Shown: piece after piece, positions 29,443-39,478 of the stretch
Numbering within the stretch: position 1 is the first letter of the stretch
Layout of the letters: every line of letters begins with the position of its first letter
Origin: an uncultured Nitrososphaerota archaeon
GTDB taxonomy: Archaea > Thermoproteota > EX4484-205 > JAAOZP01
DNA length: 64,000 nt
Direction: 5' to 3'
NCBI GenBank assembly: GCA_964416155.1
Contig: CAYQCW010000004.1
Coordinates: 60,584 to 124,583, forward strand
Program-made: the position numbers and the translations under genes
Notes under the pieces: generated by a model
What the model saw: the letters and a program-made list of their open reading frames with translations, nothing else
Databases searched by the model: none
Told to the model about the DNA's origin: nothing

Positions 29443-30252
29443 GTGGCGGTTCAAATGGCTAGGTGTGAGGTATGCGGTTCAGAAGTAGTCTTGCCGTTCA
29501 TCTGCTCCTACTGCAAGGGTGCGTTCTGCTCCCATCATAGGCTTCCCGAGGCGCATAACTGTCGAATGCTGCACTTAGCCAGGGTTCAAAAACCAATGTA
29601 TGGCGAGGCCCCCTTGGTTCAACCCATGAACAAGTCTCGAGCCGGAAGAATCACCAGTAAGGCTGAGGTCACACATCTTTTAGCTGCATGGGTTGTTCTA
29701 AGCCTTTGTTTCTCCACTGGATACTTTTTCAGGGCCGGTTTGACACTGCTGTTAGTGCCTGTCATCTACTTGTGCGCTGTTGGAACAGGATTCGTTTCCC
29801 ACGAGCTGGCGCATAAGTTTACTGCTCAGAGATACGGCTACTGGTCTGAGTTTAGACTCTGGCCCTGGGGGCTAGCGATGGCTCTACTTTCTTCTCTACT
29901 TACACTAGGCTCGTTCATCTTTGCTGCCCCGGGTGCAACATACGTGGCGCCACGTTACCATGCTTTCGAATTGTCCAAGGTGTCTGAAAAAAGGCGGATG
30001 GGGCTGATTTCTCTAGCAGGCCCTTTATCTAACGTTGCCTGGGCCACTGCATTCTTTTTCTTAAGCGGGCTAGGCGGCTTGCCTGGTCTGGTTGGCAAAA
30101 CTGGTTTTCAAGTAAACCTGTGGCTTGCAGCTTTCAACATGATTCCACTGAGAGGTTTAGACGGTAGAAAAGTTTTAGCATGGAATATTACTGCTTGGGT
30201 GATTGTGGCAATCCCATTATGGGTCATAGAAGCATTCTTAATGCTTTTTTAA
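29443..30252 (+). CDS. AN1-type Zn finger fused to M50 (site-2) intramembrane peptidase
   Basis: CEVC...CSYC..FCSHHRLPEAHNC; HELAH; AGPLSN; NMIP...LDG. Confidence 0.88.
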   Translation: MAVQMARCEVCGSEVVLPFICSYCKGAFCSHHRLPEAHNCRMLHLARVQKPMYGEAPLVQPMNKSRAGRITSKAEVTHLLAAWVVLSLCFSTGYFFRAGLTLLLVPVIYLCAVGTGFVSHELAHKFTAQRYGYWSEFRLWPWGLAMALLSSLLTLGSFIFAAPGATYVAPRYHAFELSKVSEKRRMGLISLAGPLSNVAWATAFFFLSGLGGLPGLVGKTGFQVNLWLAAFNMIPLRGLDGRKVLAWNITAWVIVAIPLWVIEAFLMLF

Positions 30253-30259
30253 GCCGGCG

Positions 30260-30605
30260 TGTTCTTTACACACCGTCTGCAGCCACCTCATCGTCATACT
30301 GGAAAAAACGAGGGTTCCTTGCAGCCGTATTTCACAGTCCTGGAAACCCTGAAGGGGAACATTCTGCAGGCGTACGGTTTCTCACCGTGGATCCTGTAGA
30401 TGAAGAACACGCCTCTTCCTGAGGAAGAAACACCTGCCGTCGGGAAGGATCCTAAGGTAAAACTCCTTCTCCCCGGGCTCGACGGATCTCGGTCCATACT
30501 TAGGCTCTATCCTAGCATACTCTTTGAAAAAGGAGGGGAACCCTGTGGTTTATGCAGCATCTTTGAGACACACCTCCAGTTTTCGGCGAGCCTCCACGGC
30601 ACAAG
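30260..30605 (-). pseudogene. Frameshifted YkgJ/CxxCxxCC Fe-S/Zn cluster protein
   Basis: VPWRLAENWRCV / CCINHRVPL / IHGEKPYACRMFPF found in different frames; ends approximate. Confidence 0.6.
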
Positions 30606-30868
30606 GCTTTCACCTTGCGTGCTGGTCAAGCCTTGGTTTTTCAACCAGTTTTTTCCGGTTAAAAGTTTTCACCACTGGAAACCGGCTTCCGAATCGCTGG
30701 GGAACAAGCCTTTTAAGCCTCAGAGAGAAAAATCCAGCTTACTGTCAACGTTGAAAAACAGGTGGCGCTATTAACCTTTACAGGTGGAAAAACATGCTTA
30801 ACTTGGATGTAGCCATTTTCACACAACCCTCTCTCTCAAACATTTACCTTCTCAATCCTTAAGAAGCT

Positions 30869-31081
30869 TTGAAAGATTTTCAAACAGGCTTGATCAGCGA
30901 ATACTCGCTTGAGGATATTGACGGTGTTGGGCCTGCGACTGCAAAGAAGCTGAGGGAAGCAGGATACGTGACTGTTGAGTCGCTGGCTGTCGCCACGGCT
31001 TTCGAGCTCTCCGAGGCTAACCCGGCGTTAACAATATGGCCTACTGCCACTCCTGCTGAGCATTATAATGGGCTGCAATAA
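30869..31081 (+). pseudogene. Truncated radA-like fragment (N-terminal HhH domain only)
   Basis: [37 protein letters not shown], then similarity stops near 31018. Confidence 0.75.
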
Positions 31082-31217
31082 TCATGGGGCTGGTGGGGGT
31101 TCGGGAAGCAGGTGAAACAGAGAATTATATTACCATACATTATGACCAGTATTAACTAGACATGTCTCAGCATCGAATCAAGATTTATAAAAGTCCTGTG
31201 GGAAGCCTAGTTGAAAA

Positions 31218-32063
31218 ATGGCTGGAAAACACGCCGGCCCCTTAGTATTGTCAGTAGCCGGGGCAATACTGATTCTTATAGGCGTTCTTATTCTCACCTT
31301 CAGCAGCCACTACCTGTCTCTTCAACCGGTTCTCTATTTCGCCACCCTTATTCTCGCAGCAACCATCTTGGCGGGAGCGCTGTTAACCAGTCAGGAGAAC
31401 GAGAAGAGGATTGTAGCCGGTTCGACAATAGTCCTAGGCCTCTCAACGGTTGTTTTCTACTTCTCCCTTCTGCCGGTTCTCCTACAGTACGCGGGAAGAT
31501 TCATACCTATGCCGTCCAACCTGGGCACTTCAGGCCTCCTAGATTTTCTAGGAGGCTTTGTGCCGTCGACCATCGGGACAGTGGGCGTCGTACTTTGCAT
31601 TATTGGAGGAATATTTGGATTAAGGAGGAAGCCCTTACTCTTACCGTCCTCTTTGGCTAAAGCGCAGGTGAGCGAAGTTGAAGAATCAACAACCTGCCAA
31701 GAATGCGGGGCAGTGAACAATGCGAGCTACAAGTTCTGCTTCAAATGCGGAGCAAGGCTGAAACCCGAGAAGCCGAGGAAGACTGAGGAAGCAATGACAG
31801 TGGAGCCGTTGATTTGTCCCGTCTGCGGGAAAACATTGCTTGGAGGCTCTAAGTTCTGCAGCCAGTGTGGCACACCACTATCTTGGGGTGAGCAACTCCC
31901 CCCGCCGCCGCCAGACATAGAGAGCAGACTTGAAAAACTGGAGGAAAAAATTGAGAGGCTGGAGAAAACCATAGAGAAGGTTGAGCGGCTGGAAGTCAAG
32001 GAGGAACGCCAGGAGGAGGGCGAAGCCGGAGAAAGCATATTCGAAGACTACACTCCTGATTAG
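31218..32063 (+). CDS. Membrane protein with double zinc ribbons and C-terminal coiled coil
   Basis: About 4 TM helices; CQECG..FCFKCG and CPVCG..FCSQCG; PPPPP linker; heptad repeats. Confidence 0.8.
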   Translation: MAGKHAGPLVLSVAGAILILIGVLILTFSSHYLSLQPVLYFATLILAATILAGALLTSQENEKRIVAGSTIVLGLSTVVFYFSLLPVLLQYAGRFIPMPSNLGTSGLLDFLGGFVPSTIGTVGVVLCIIGGIFGLRRKPLLLPSSLAKAQVSEVEESTTCQECGAVNNASYKFCFKCGARLKPEKPRKTEEAMTVEPLICPVCGKTLLGGSKFCSQCGTPLSWGEQLPPPPPDIESRLEKLEEKIERLEKTIEKVERLEVKEERQEEGEAGESIFEDYTPD

Positions 32064-32134
32064 CGTTCAGGCTGACGACTCTAATCCGTGTTGAAAAGCA
32101 GATTGCTTAATGGCTTCTTGCTTCAGGCATAGGC

Positions 32135-33517
32135 TTAGGCTTTAAGCCTCTCCGAGACCACATGGCCCACGTAGAGGCCTGAGGCCGCTGCTTGAGAAAG
32201 CCCTCTTGTGATGCCCGCGCCGTCTCCAACTGCAAACAGGTTTTTAACAGGGGTCTCGCCGCGCTCGTTGACCTCAACCCTGGACGAGTAGAACTTGGCT
32301 TCAACACCGTAGAGAAGCGTGTCATGCTTCGAGAAAATCCCTGGAATAAGCGTGTCTAAAGCCCTGAGCATTTCAACAATGTTTGAGAGAACCCTGTAGG
32401 GAAGGATGAAACTGAGGTCTCCAGGCGTCGCGTCTGGCAGCGTCGGAGAGATAAGGCTCCTGCTGAGGCGCTCGTAAGTAGACCTTCTTCCCTGCAATAG
32501 GTCGCCTAGTCTTTGAACAACCACGCCGTTTGAAATAAGGTTTGCAAGCTTAGCTATCGACATGCCGTATTCAATCGGCTCTTTAAAAGGCTCCGTGAAA
32601 TCCGTTGACACAAGCACAGCGAAATTAGTGTTGTCTGTCCTGTAACTGTTGTAACTGTGGCCGTTCACGGTTACTATCCCCTCATAGAACTCTGTTAAAA
32701 CCTCTCCATGCGGGTTGACGCAGAAAGTCCTAACATTGTCGTCAAACCTTTTCGAAACATACTTCAGCTTCGGCTCATAAAGGTCCCGAGTAATGTCGTC
32801 CATTATTTCAGCCGGAACCTCTACTCTGACACCAAGATCTACAGGGTTACGTTTCATAGGGATATTGAGCTTCGTGAACTCCTTCCTCAACCATCCTGCT
32901 CCAGACCTGCCCGGGGCGACTACGATGAACCGTCCAAACATGTTTTCACCATCCTTAGTCTTAACACCCCTGGCAACACCGTTTTCAACAATGAAGCTTT
33001 CAACTTCAGTCATAACCCTTACTTCAACACTCTTCTCAAGATCATCCTTCATTCGGCTCAGTATTTTGAAAGACAGATCTGACCCCATGTGCCTAACAGG
33101 GTTCCTTTGAAGCTTCAAGCCAGCTAGGCTAGCCCTCCTCCTCCACTCCTCGAATGAATCCTCGTCGTCACCGTAAACCTTCTCCGGCGCCCCGTGGCTA
33201 AGGAAAACCTCGTCAACCCTCTTTATGTATTGACGGGTCTTCTCGGACGATAAGACCTCTGGAAGCCAGCCTCCAACCTCCGGGTCAAGAGTTATCTTCC
33301 CGTCTGAGAAAGCTCCTGCACCACCCCAGCCGCTGTAAACGTTGCAGACGCCACACCTGACGCACAGCTTGTTAAGCCTCCTCGCGGGGCATGTTCTATC
33401 ATCAATGTCACGTCCCTTTTCAAGAATCAGGATCGCCGCGTCCGAATGCTTCTCAAGAACGCTTAAAGCACAGAATATTCCAGCCGGACCCCCTCCCACT
33501 ATTATCACGTCATGCAA
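32135..33517 (-). CDS. NAD(P)/FAD-dependent oxidoreductase (COG2509-like)
   Basis: GGGPAG, Cys cluster, GGAGAFSDGK, GDGAGITRG. Confidence 0.88.
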   Translation of the reverse strand: MHDVIIVGGGPAGIFCALSVLEKHSDAAILILEKGRDIDDRTCPARRLNKLCVRCGVCNVYSGWGGAGAFSDGKITLDPEVGGWLPEVLSSEKTRQYIKRVDEVFLSHGAPEKVYGDDEDSFEEWRRRASLAGLKLQRNPVRHMGSDLSFKILSRMKDDLEKSVEVRVMTEVESFIVENGVARGVKTKDGENMFGRFIVVAPGRSGAGWLRKEFTKLNIPMKRNPVDLGVRVEVPAEIMDDITRDLYEPKLKYVSKRFDDNVRTFCVNPHGEVLTEFYEGIVTVNGHSYNSYRTDNTNFAVLVSTDFTEPFKEPIEYGMSIAKLANLISNGVVVQRLGDLLQGRRSTYERLSRSLISPTLPDATPGDLSFILPYRVLSNIVEMLRALDTLIPGIFSKHDTLLYGVEAKFYSSRVEVNERGETPVKNLFAVGDGAGITRGLSQAAASGLYVGHVVSERLKA

Positions 33518-33586
33518 TACTGCTTCCTTTTCCCAACCCTCCCCACTGATACTTTTAAGTTTACCGTTTAGATAGGCTCCTCAGAC

Positions 33587-34492
33587 TTGAGGAGAATAGG
33601 GATAATAGGCTCCGGAAAAGTAGGGTGCTCCGCGGCAACCTTCCTATTAACTGAGGCTGACGAAATAGTGCTTTACGACATAGTGCCTAAGCTTCCAGTC
33701 GGAGAGGCCCTAGACCTGCAGAACGCGGCTGAAGCCCTTGGTTTAAATGTTGAGGTTAAGGGGACTAACGATCTCTCGCTGCTTCACGGCTTGGACGTCG
33801 TTATCGTGACGGCGGGTTTTGGAAGAACCCCGGGGATGAGCAGGATGAACCTGTTGAGCAAGAATCTGCCGATAATAGAGGGTATAGCTAGGGAATACGC
33901 TGGTGGAGGAGACAGTGGAACCGTCTTCATAATGGTCACCAATCCTGTTGACGTTTTAACCTATGTTTTCTGGAGAAGAGCCGGCGTTGAGAGGCACAGA
34001 GTGGCGGGCTTAAGCGGCGTCCTTGATTCAAGCCGTTTAAAAACGATAATAAGACTGAGCAGGAGAATCAGGATAAGTGGCTTAAGCTCGTTCGTTCTCG
34101 GGGAGCACGGTGAGAACATGGTGATCCTGAGAGACAGGATGCGTGAAGAATACGGGTTAAGCGACACGGATCTAGATCTGGTTCTAGGCGAGACTGTTAA
34201 GGCAGCCGCCGAGATAATAAGCATGAAGGGAGCCACGGTCCACGGGCCGGGTGCGTCCATAGCTAGAATGGTTGAAGCAGTGCTATCGGACAAGGGAGAA
34301 GTCCTGCCGGCATCAGTCGTCTTAGACGGGGAATACGGGATAAAGGATGTTTGCCTAGGAGTACCCGTTAAAGCAGGGAGAGAAGGCTTCAAAGTGGTTC
34401 AGGAAAAGCTGGGTGAGAATGAAGTTAACATGTTGAAGAAGGCTGCTGAAAGCATCATAACAGCGTTAGAGCAAATAGGATACAGAAAATAA
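33587..34492 (+). CDS. mdh: Malate dehydrogenase (LDH-like)
   Basis: GSGKVG, RTPGMSR, VTNPVD, LDSSR, GEHG. Confidence 0.9.
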   Translation: MRRIGIIGSGKVGCSAATFLLTEADEIVLYDIVPKLPVGEALDLQNAAEALGLNVEVKGTNDLSLLHGLDVVIVTAGFGRTPGMSRMNLLSKNLPIIEGIAREYAGGGDSGTVFIMVTNPVDVLTYVFWRRAGVERHRVAGLSGVLDSSRLKTIIRLSRRIRISGLSSFVLGEHGENMVILRDRMREEYGLSDTDLDLVLGETVKAAAEIISMKGATVHGPGASIARMVEAVLSDKGEVLPASVVLDGEYGIKDVCLGVPVKAGREGFKVVQEKLGENEVNMLKKAAESIITALEQIGYRK

Positions 34493-34923
34493 AGAATAGA
34501 ATACACGTTGCCTAACATAGGTTGCCCTCTCTAAAATGTCACGCTTGCAACCACACTGAAAAAATAACCTTATATAGCTGGCTCGACTAGACCGGAACAA
34601 GATGATTCTGCAGAATGCTTAAAAACGTTTATAATGCTGATTTCAAGCTTGAACACAATAGGGGGCTCCTTCCTATTCATAATGAATAATCGGGAGAAGG
34701 CGTATCAGCATATATTACACGAATATCCAGCGGGGTTCAAAAGGATATAGTCTACATAGGTGTGGAACCATTGTCCTAGGGCTCGCATGTCTAATCTCGG
34801 TGAAACTAGTTAAAAATAAAAATGCAGGGTAACAAGCTAGGAAACCTCGTGAATAACTTAAGATACTCTATGACTGCAACTTGGCCGTTTTGCTTAAGCA
34901 CCCAGTTACGAATGGCAACTGCT

Positions 34924-35452
34924 CTAAGCGGTTTTATGGTGGCGCTGGTTTTCCCAGTACTGCTGCGCTATTTGAAAGAAGTTTTCAAGAATCCTTTTCA
35001 TCAGGATGCTCCTCCTCATGATGAGAAAGCCTTTATCAAGTATCCTTCAAGATGAGTGCCCACGTTTCTATCCTTCTCTCCCGGTTTTAGGCGGCGAATT
35101 GGCGAACAGCCCAGTTCACGGCGGGGATGCCAGTAGGCCATACCGATCACCTGGTGCCCGCCGCATATCCCTAGAACAGGGACCCGGGCCTCTAATTATT
35201 TCAAACTCCCTCGCCCAGTCGTTCTTCACAAACCGCTCCCAGGGGGGTGCCGCTGCCGCTCCGGATGACTGCCAACGGCTCCAGCTCCTGAACCTCCTTT
35301 AGTGAACACCTACTGGAGTACCTAACGACACAGGGACCTGTGTAGACACGGTAAATCTCTCTACGCATGTTCTCGTAGCGTTTCTCCGCCTACTCACTAT
35401 CAAGATCAGTATCGCCATTGTCAACATAGTAAACGATGCCACATGCTCGCAT
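34924..35452 (-). pseudogene. Decayed class I glutamine amidotransferase
   Basis: LEPLAVIRSGSG / PVLGICGGHQVIGMAY / RILENFF with an internal stop, frameshifts and an apparent internal deletion. Confidence 0.75.
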
Positions 35453-35505
35453 GTCTCAACCCGAATAGTAGCGAAGCACGTATAAAACTGTTAAAGCTGA
35501 GAAAG

Positions 35506-35593
35506 TGGACCGGGAGGGACTCGAACCCTCAAGCCTCCCGTATTTTGTCCTGTCGGTCGCCAAACGGGCGTTCTACCTTTGAACTACCGGCCC
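35506..35593 (-). tRNA. tRNA-Ala(GGC) with about 15-nt canonical 37/38 intron
   Basis: Acceptor GGGCCGG/CCGGTCC with G3:U70; CCCGT-TTGGCG[ACCGACAGGACAAAA]T-ACGGG; GGTTCGAGTCC. Confidence 0.88.
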
Positions 35594-35766
35594 TTGATTT
35601 AACCTGTTTTTCCGAATGATATTTAAGTTTTCCCTTGGATGCTTTTTCACGGGGGCGGCGGGGCCGCGGCAAATAATTGCGCAGTGTTAAACCAGTTTTT
35701 AACGAGTTTTACAGCATTCCTTGAAAGGAAACCCATAAAAACCCTTTTGAAGCGTTCAACCAGTAG

Positions 35767-36078
35767 TTGGTGAACAGGGCGAGGATAAAGATAGTGAGTA
35801 ACGAGCTGAGCAATCTTCAAACAGTAGTAGACCAAATACTTAAGATAGCTAAGGAGAACAATGTTAGGGTTTCAGGCCCGATTCCGCTTCCGAGAAAGGT
35901 TTTGAAGGTTACCACCCAGAAGAACCCTAGTGGGCAGGGCACGATAACTTGGGACAAGTTTGAAATGCGTTTCTACAGGAGGCTGATCTACCTTGGGCTT
36001 AACGATAAGGCTCTTAGAGCCTTAACGACGATACGAATACCGCAGAACGTCACAATAACTCTCGACCTAATCTCTTGA
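35767..36078 (+). CDS. rps10: 30S ribosomal protein S10 (uS10)
   Basis: VSGPIPLP, KNPSGQG..TWDKFEMR. Confidence 0.95.
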   Translation: MVNRARIKIVSNELSNLQTVVDQILKIAKENNVRVSGPIPLPRKVLKVTTQKNPSGQGTITWDKFEMRFYRRLIYLGLNDKALRALTTIRIPQNVTITLDLIS

Positions 36079-36804
36079 GAAACCTATTCTCCGTCTAATC
36101 ATGAAAAGGAGTATTTTCAAGCCGTCTTTAAGCGGGTTCAGCTTTGAGAAGCCTATCCTGCTGTAGTATCTTATTCCGACCTCTGTTATTCTGAGGCCTT
36201 TCCTACATGCTTCGGTTAACACTTCTGTCGAGAAGGGCATGCCGTTCTCCCTAAGCCTCATCCTCAAGTAGGCTTCTCTCGAGAATACTTTCATCCCAGT
36301 CTGCGTGTCACCGATCCTTCTGAGGAATAGCATTGAGAAAACAGTGTTCACTATGAAGTTGCCAATGTATCTCGGGGTGCTCATTCCCGCCGGTTTGCTA
36401 CTGAACCTTCGTCCTGTGGCTACATCCGTCTCCCCCTTCTTCACTGTGTCGACGAGCCTCTTTAAGTCCGCCGGGTCATAGGTTCCATCCCCATCCATAA
36501 AGGCGAGCACCCTGCCCCTGGCTTTCTCCAATCCTTTTCTTATCGCCGCCCCGTATCCTTTCCTCTCCTGCTTAACTACAATTACTCCAAGAGATGAGGC
36601 TATTTCAGCGGTTTTATCATCACTTGAATCTACGACTATGATTTCCGCCCCTGGAAGCCATCTCTTGGCACGCTCTATAACTAGCCCTATTGGTTTCTCC
36701 TCGTTCAGGGTTGGAATGATTACTGACACGTCGCTATGATCCTGCACCGTATGATGTTTGTTTTTCACAGGAAAAAATGTGTTTATCACACAGATTGATT
36801 CCAA
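36067..36804 (-). CDS. GT2 glycosyltransferase (Dol-P-sugar synthase-like)
   Basis: IIPTLNEE, VVDSSDDKT, GYGAA, MDGDGTY, DTQTG. Confidence 0.9.
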   Translation of the reverse strand: MESICVINTFFPVKNKHHTVQDHSDVSVIIPTLNEEKPIGLVIERAKRWLPGAEIIVVDSSDDKTAEIASSLGVIVVKQERKGYGAAIRKGLEKARGRVLAFMDGDGTYDPADLKRLVDTVKKGETDVATGRRFSSKPAGMSTPRYIGNFIVNTVFSMLFLRRIGDTQTGMKVFSREAYLRMRLRENGMPFSTEVLTEACRKGLRITEVGIRYYSRIGFSKLNPLKDGLKILLFMIRRRIGFSRD

Positions 36805-36878
36805 CCTCTGGATCTCTTTAAAAATCTTTTTAAAACAACATTTTTTCCTTTTTTCAATTCATTTAAAAAGAAATCTCC

Positions 36879-38513
36879 TTAAAAAATCTGTTTCAAATCA
36901 TTTTCAGAAATGTTCAACTCTTTTATCACCAAATCTCTTATTTTAGGCATGTAGAGAAGTATTATTGGAATGTTTTCCGAGCCAATGTCTAAAACATATT
37001 CTCTAACAGACTCGTAAAGCGGCTGCACACCGCCGTCGGCTGGGAAAGAGATGGAGCCACGGTTTCCGATTGAGAATAATAGTCCAGCCTCCCTGCAAGA
37101 CTTAAGGTATCTGAGAATAAAGGAGTTGACGAAGTTCTGTGCTGTGCGCCTGCTCCATTTCATTCGGAAATGCGGATGGTTGGAGACAAGGAACCCAGCC
37201 AGGTTCTTCTGCTGAACGGTTTTCCCGCTTGCTGAATCAGGGTTCTGCAGCTCTAGGAAAGCCATGCAGACCATTATGAACAACGGGATCGGCGAGACGT
37301 TTTCCAGGTCGACCGCCTTCCTGCTGCCAGCCGGCATTGGCCTGGGACCGAGGATGAACCCTGCCAAGTCGCTTAGAGGAAAATCCTTATGGTTCTCCCA
37401 GAGCCTAAGGATCTCTTCAGCGAGCCTTTTCGAGAAGGAGGTGTTTAGGCTGTTTATTGTCTGCGACGGCCTGATGCTTTTAAGCTCCTTCCTCAATTCT
37501 TCAATCGCCCCGCTGCTTGAAACAGTCATCCTCTCGATTATTCTCGTCAAGACTTTTATCGCGTTATCCTGCTTCTCAATAGTCTTCTTGCTTATGTCGA
37601 CATCCTTCCTAATCCCTTCCAGAATGCCCAGTAGGTCGTTCATCGTCGCCTCCCCCCCGCTTCTAGTTTCTAACTGGCCTAGGGAGAACTGTTTCACCCT
37701 AGAGTCCATGACTTGGGTGTTTATGCTGAGCAGGAAAACCCCGGTGACTATCTTAGGGAAAACAGTGTCATACTCTGTGTAACTCAGCCTGATTATTTCA
37801 GCACCCCCGGTCAGGGAGAAGAACACTACAGCAATATAGGTTAGAAACATCATTATGTAGACGCTCGCCCTATAGTTCAGAGCCACCTCGGCGGACAGGT
37901 AGAGGAAGATCAGTTCGAGGAAGAAGATAAAAGTCTCGTACATGAACCATTGCGTCAGGTAGCGCGGAAGAAGGGCATCGGACAAGACGAATGAAATTAT
38001 GCTTGAGAAGCCTATTACCAGCGTTCCCGCATAGAGCAGGTATCTTATGTTCCTCCTATCTTCAAAAGGCGAAACAAGTATCTGAATCTGGAATATGAAT
38101 ATTTTGGCAAGCACTGAGAGTATTAGGAAGACCGTGAGCATCGAGATCACACCCCTAAGGTTCTGAAAGTATAGAAAGCTGGGCTTACCCAGGTAGAACA
38201 GGACTGCGACGAAAATCATGAGAATAGGCAGAATAGTGTAGGATGTAATCCGGAGGCTTTCGACAAGTATGAGGAAAGGATTGGACCTGCTTCTTTCAAG
38301 CCTAAGCTTGTCCGCCCCACCAACTATGAGGGTCGCGACTAGGGCGACTGTACCCGTCTGAAGCATCGGAACGGCTAGGAAAAACTTGGCGACATCCAGC
38401 AGGATTGAGATGGAGAAAAGGTTTATCGTGATTAGAAGCAGTATTATATAGAGCTTGCTGAAGCCGCGCTGCCTCAGCCGGTAGAACTCCACTATCTCCC
38501 TCGGATTAATCAA
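36879..38513 (-). CDS. Multi-TM membrane protein with coiled coil and large soluble C-terminal domain
   Basis: About 8 hydrophobic segments in the first 270 aa, then heptads and a soluble region; family not recognised. Confidence 0.7.
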   Translation of the reverse strand: MINPREIVEFYRLRQRGFSKLYIILLLITINLFSISILLDVAKFFLAVPMLQTGTVALVATLIVGGADKLRLERSRSNPFLILVESLRITSYTILPILMIFVAVLFYLGKPSFLYFQNLRGVISMLTVFLILSVLAKIFIFQIQILVSPFEDRRNIRYLLYAGTLVIGFSSIISFVLSDALLPRYLTQWFMYETFIFFLELIFLYLSAEVALNYRASVYIMMFLTYIAVVFFSLTGGAEIIRLSYTEYDTVFPKIVTGVFLLSINTQVMDSRVKQFSLGQLETRSGGEATMNDLLGILEGIRKDVDISKKTIEKQDNAIKVLTRIIERMTVSSSGAIEELRKELKSIRPSQTINSLNTSFSKRLAEEILRLWENHKDFPLSDLAGFILGPRPMPAGSRKAVDLENVSPIPLFIMVCMAFLELQNPDSASGKTVQQKNLAGFLVSNHPHFRMKWSRRTAQNFVNSFILRYLKSCREAGLLFSIGNRGSISFPADGGVQPLYESVREYVLDIGSENIPIILLYMPKIRDLVIKELNISENDLKQIF

Positions 38514-38623
38514 CCCTGGGCGGACCCTGCTAGATGAATATGCGGTTAAACGCTTATTTATTTTTTCCCACCGGCAGTTGTTAAGCTGGTAAAACTTATC
38601 TAAGGGGTCTTTGAAGATTTTCC

Positions 38624-39466
38624 ATGCCTAAGGAGGTTAGAATAGGGATACTAGGCGGATCAGGGCTTTACACTCTTCTCGAGGCGGTTGGACACAGGAT
38701 TGTTGAAACCCCATTCGGCAAAACGCCGCGAGTAGAGCTCGGGTATATCGGAGATAAGGCTGTAGCCTTCCTGCCGAGACATGCTAAGCCAGGCAGCCTC
38801 AGGGTTTCCCACGCTGTTCCACCCTCGGAGATAAATTACAGGGCAAACATTTATGGTCTTAAGAAGCTTGGTGTTGAAAGAATATTCACAACCCAGGCGG
38901 CTGGCTCAATAAACCCGAATATTAAACCCGGAGAATTCGTCATCGTCGACCAAGTTATAGATGCGACTAAAAGGAGAATCCCGACTTTTTTCAACGGCAA
39001 GACTAGGATTAAAGTCTTTAAGGATAGGCCTCCAGTCGGCGGAGTGGTGCACATTGATTTTACGAATCCCTACTGCCCGGAGCTCAGGGAGGTTTTAAGG
39101 AAATCATGCGAGGAGGAGAACATATTCTGCCATCCAAGGGGCACGTACATATGCACCGAGGGCCCCAGGTTCGAGTCTCCGGCGGAGATTGCAGCCTACA
39201 GGACTTGGGGTGCCGACGTAGTCGGTATGACGGGCTACCCGGAAGTGGCCTTGGCGAGGGAGCTCGGAATATGCTACGCGAGCATAGTGATGTCCACCAA
39301 CTATGCGGCAGGCACGGGGCCGGTGAAGATTACGCATGAGGAGGTTAAGGAGATCTTTAACAGGAACATAGATAACGTTAAGAGGCTGCTTGCAAGAGCT
39401 GTTAAAAACACGTCGAAAGAGAGTAAGTGTGAGTGCGCCAGGTCGCTAGAGGGAGCAACCGCTTAG
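38624..39466 (+). CDS. mtnP: 5'-methylthioadenosine phosphorylase
   Basis: GILGGSG, FLPRH, NYRANI, EGPRFES.AE, GMT..PE..LARE. Confidence 0.9.
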   Translation: MPKEVRIGILGGSGLYTLLEAVGHRIVETPFGKTPRVELGYIGDKAVAFLPRHAKPGSLRVSHAVPPSEINYRANIYGLKKLGVERIFTTQAAGSINPNIKPGEFVIVDQVIDATKRRIPTFFNGKTRIKVFKDRPPVGGVVHIDFTNPYCPELREVLRKSCEEENIFCHPRGTYICTEGPRFESPAEIAAYRTWGADVVGMTGYPEVALARELGICYASIVMSTNYAAGTGPVKITHEEVKEIFNRNIDNVKRLLARAVKNTSKESKCECARSLEGATA

Positions 39467-39478
39467 AACAGTTTTACT

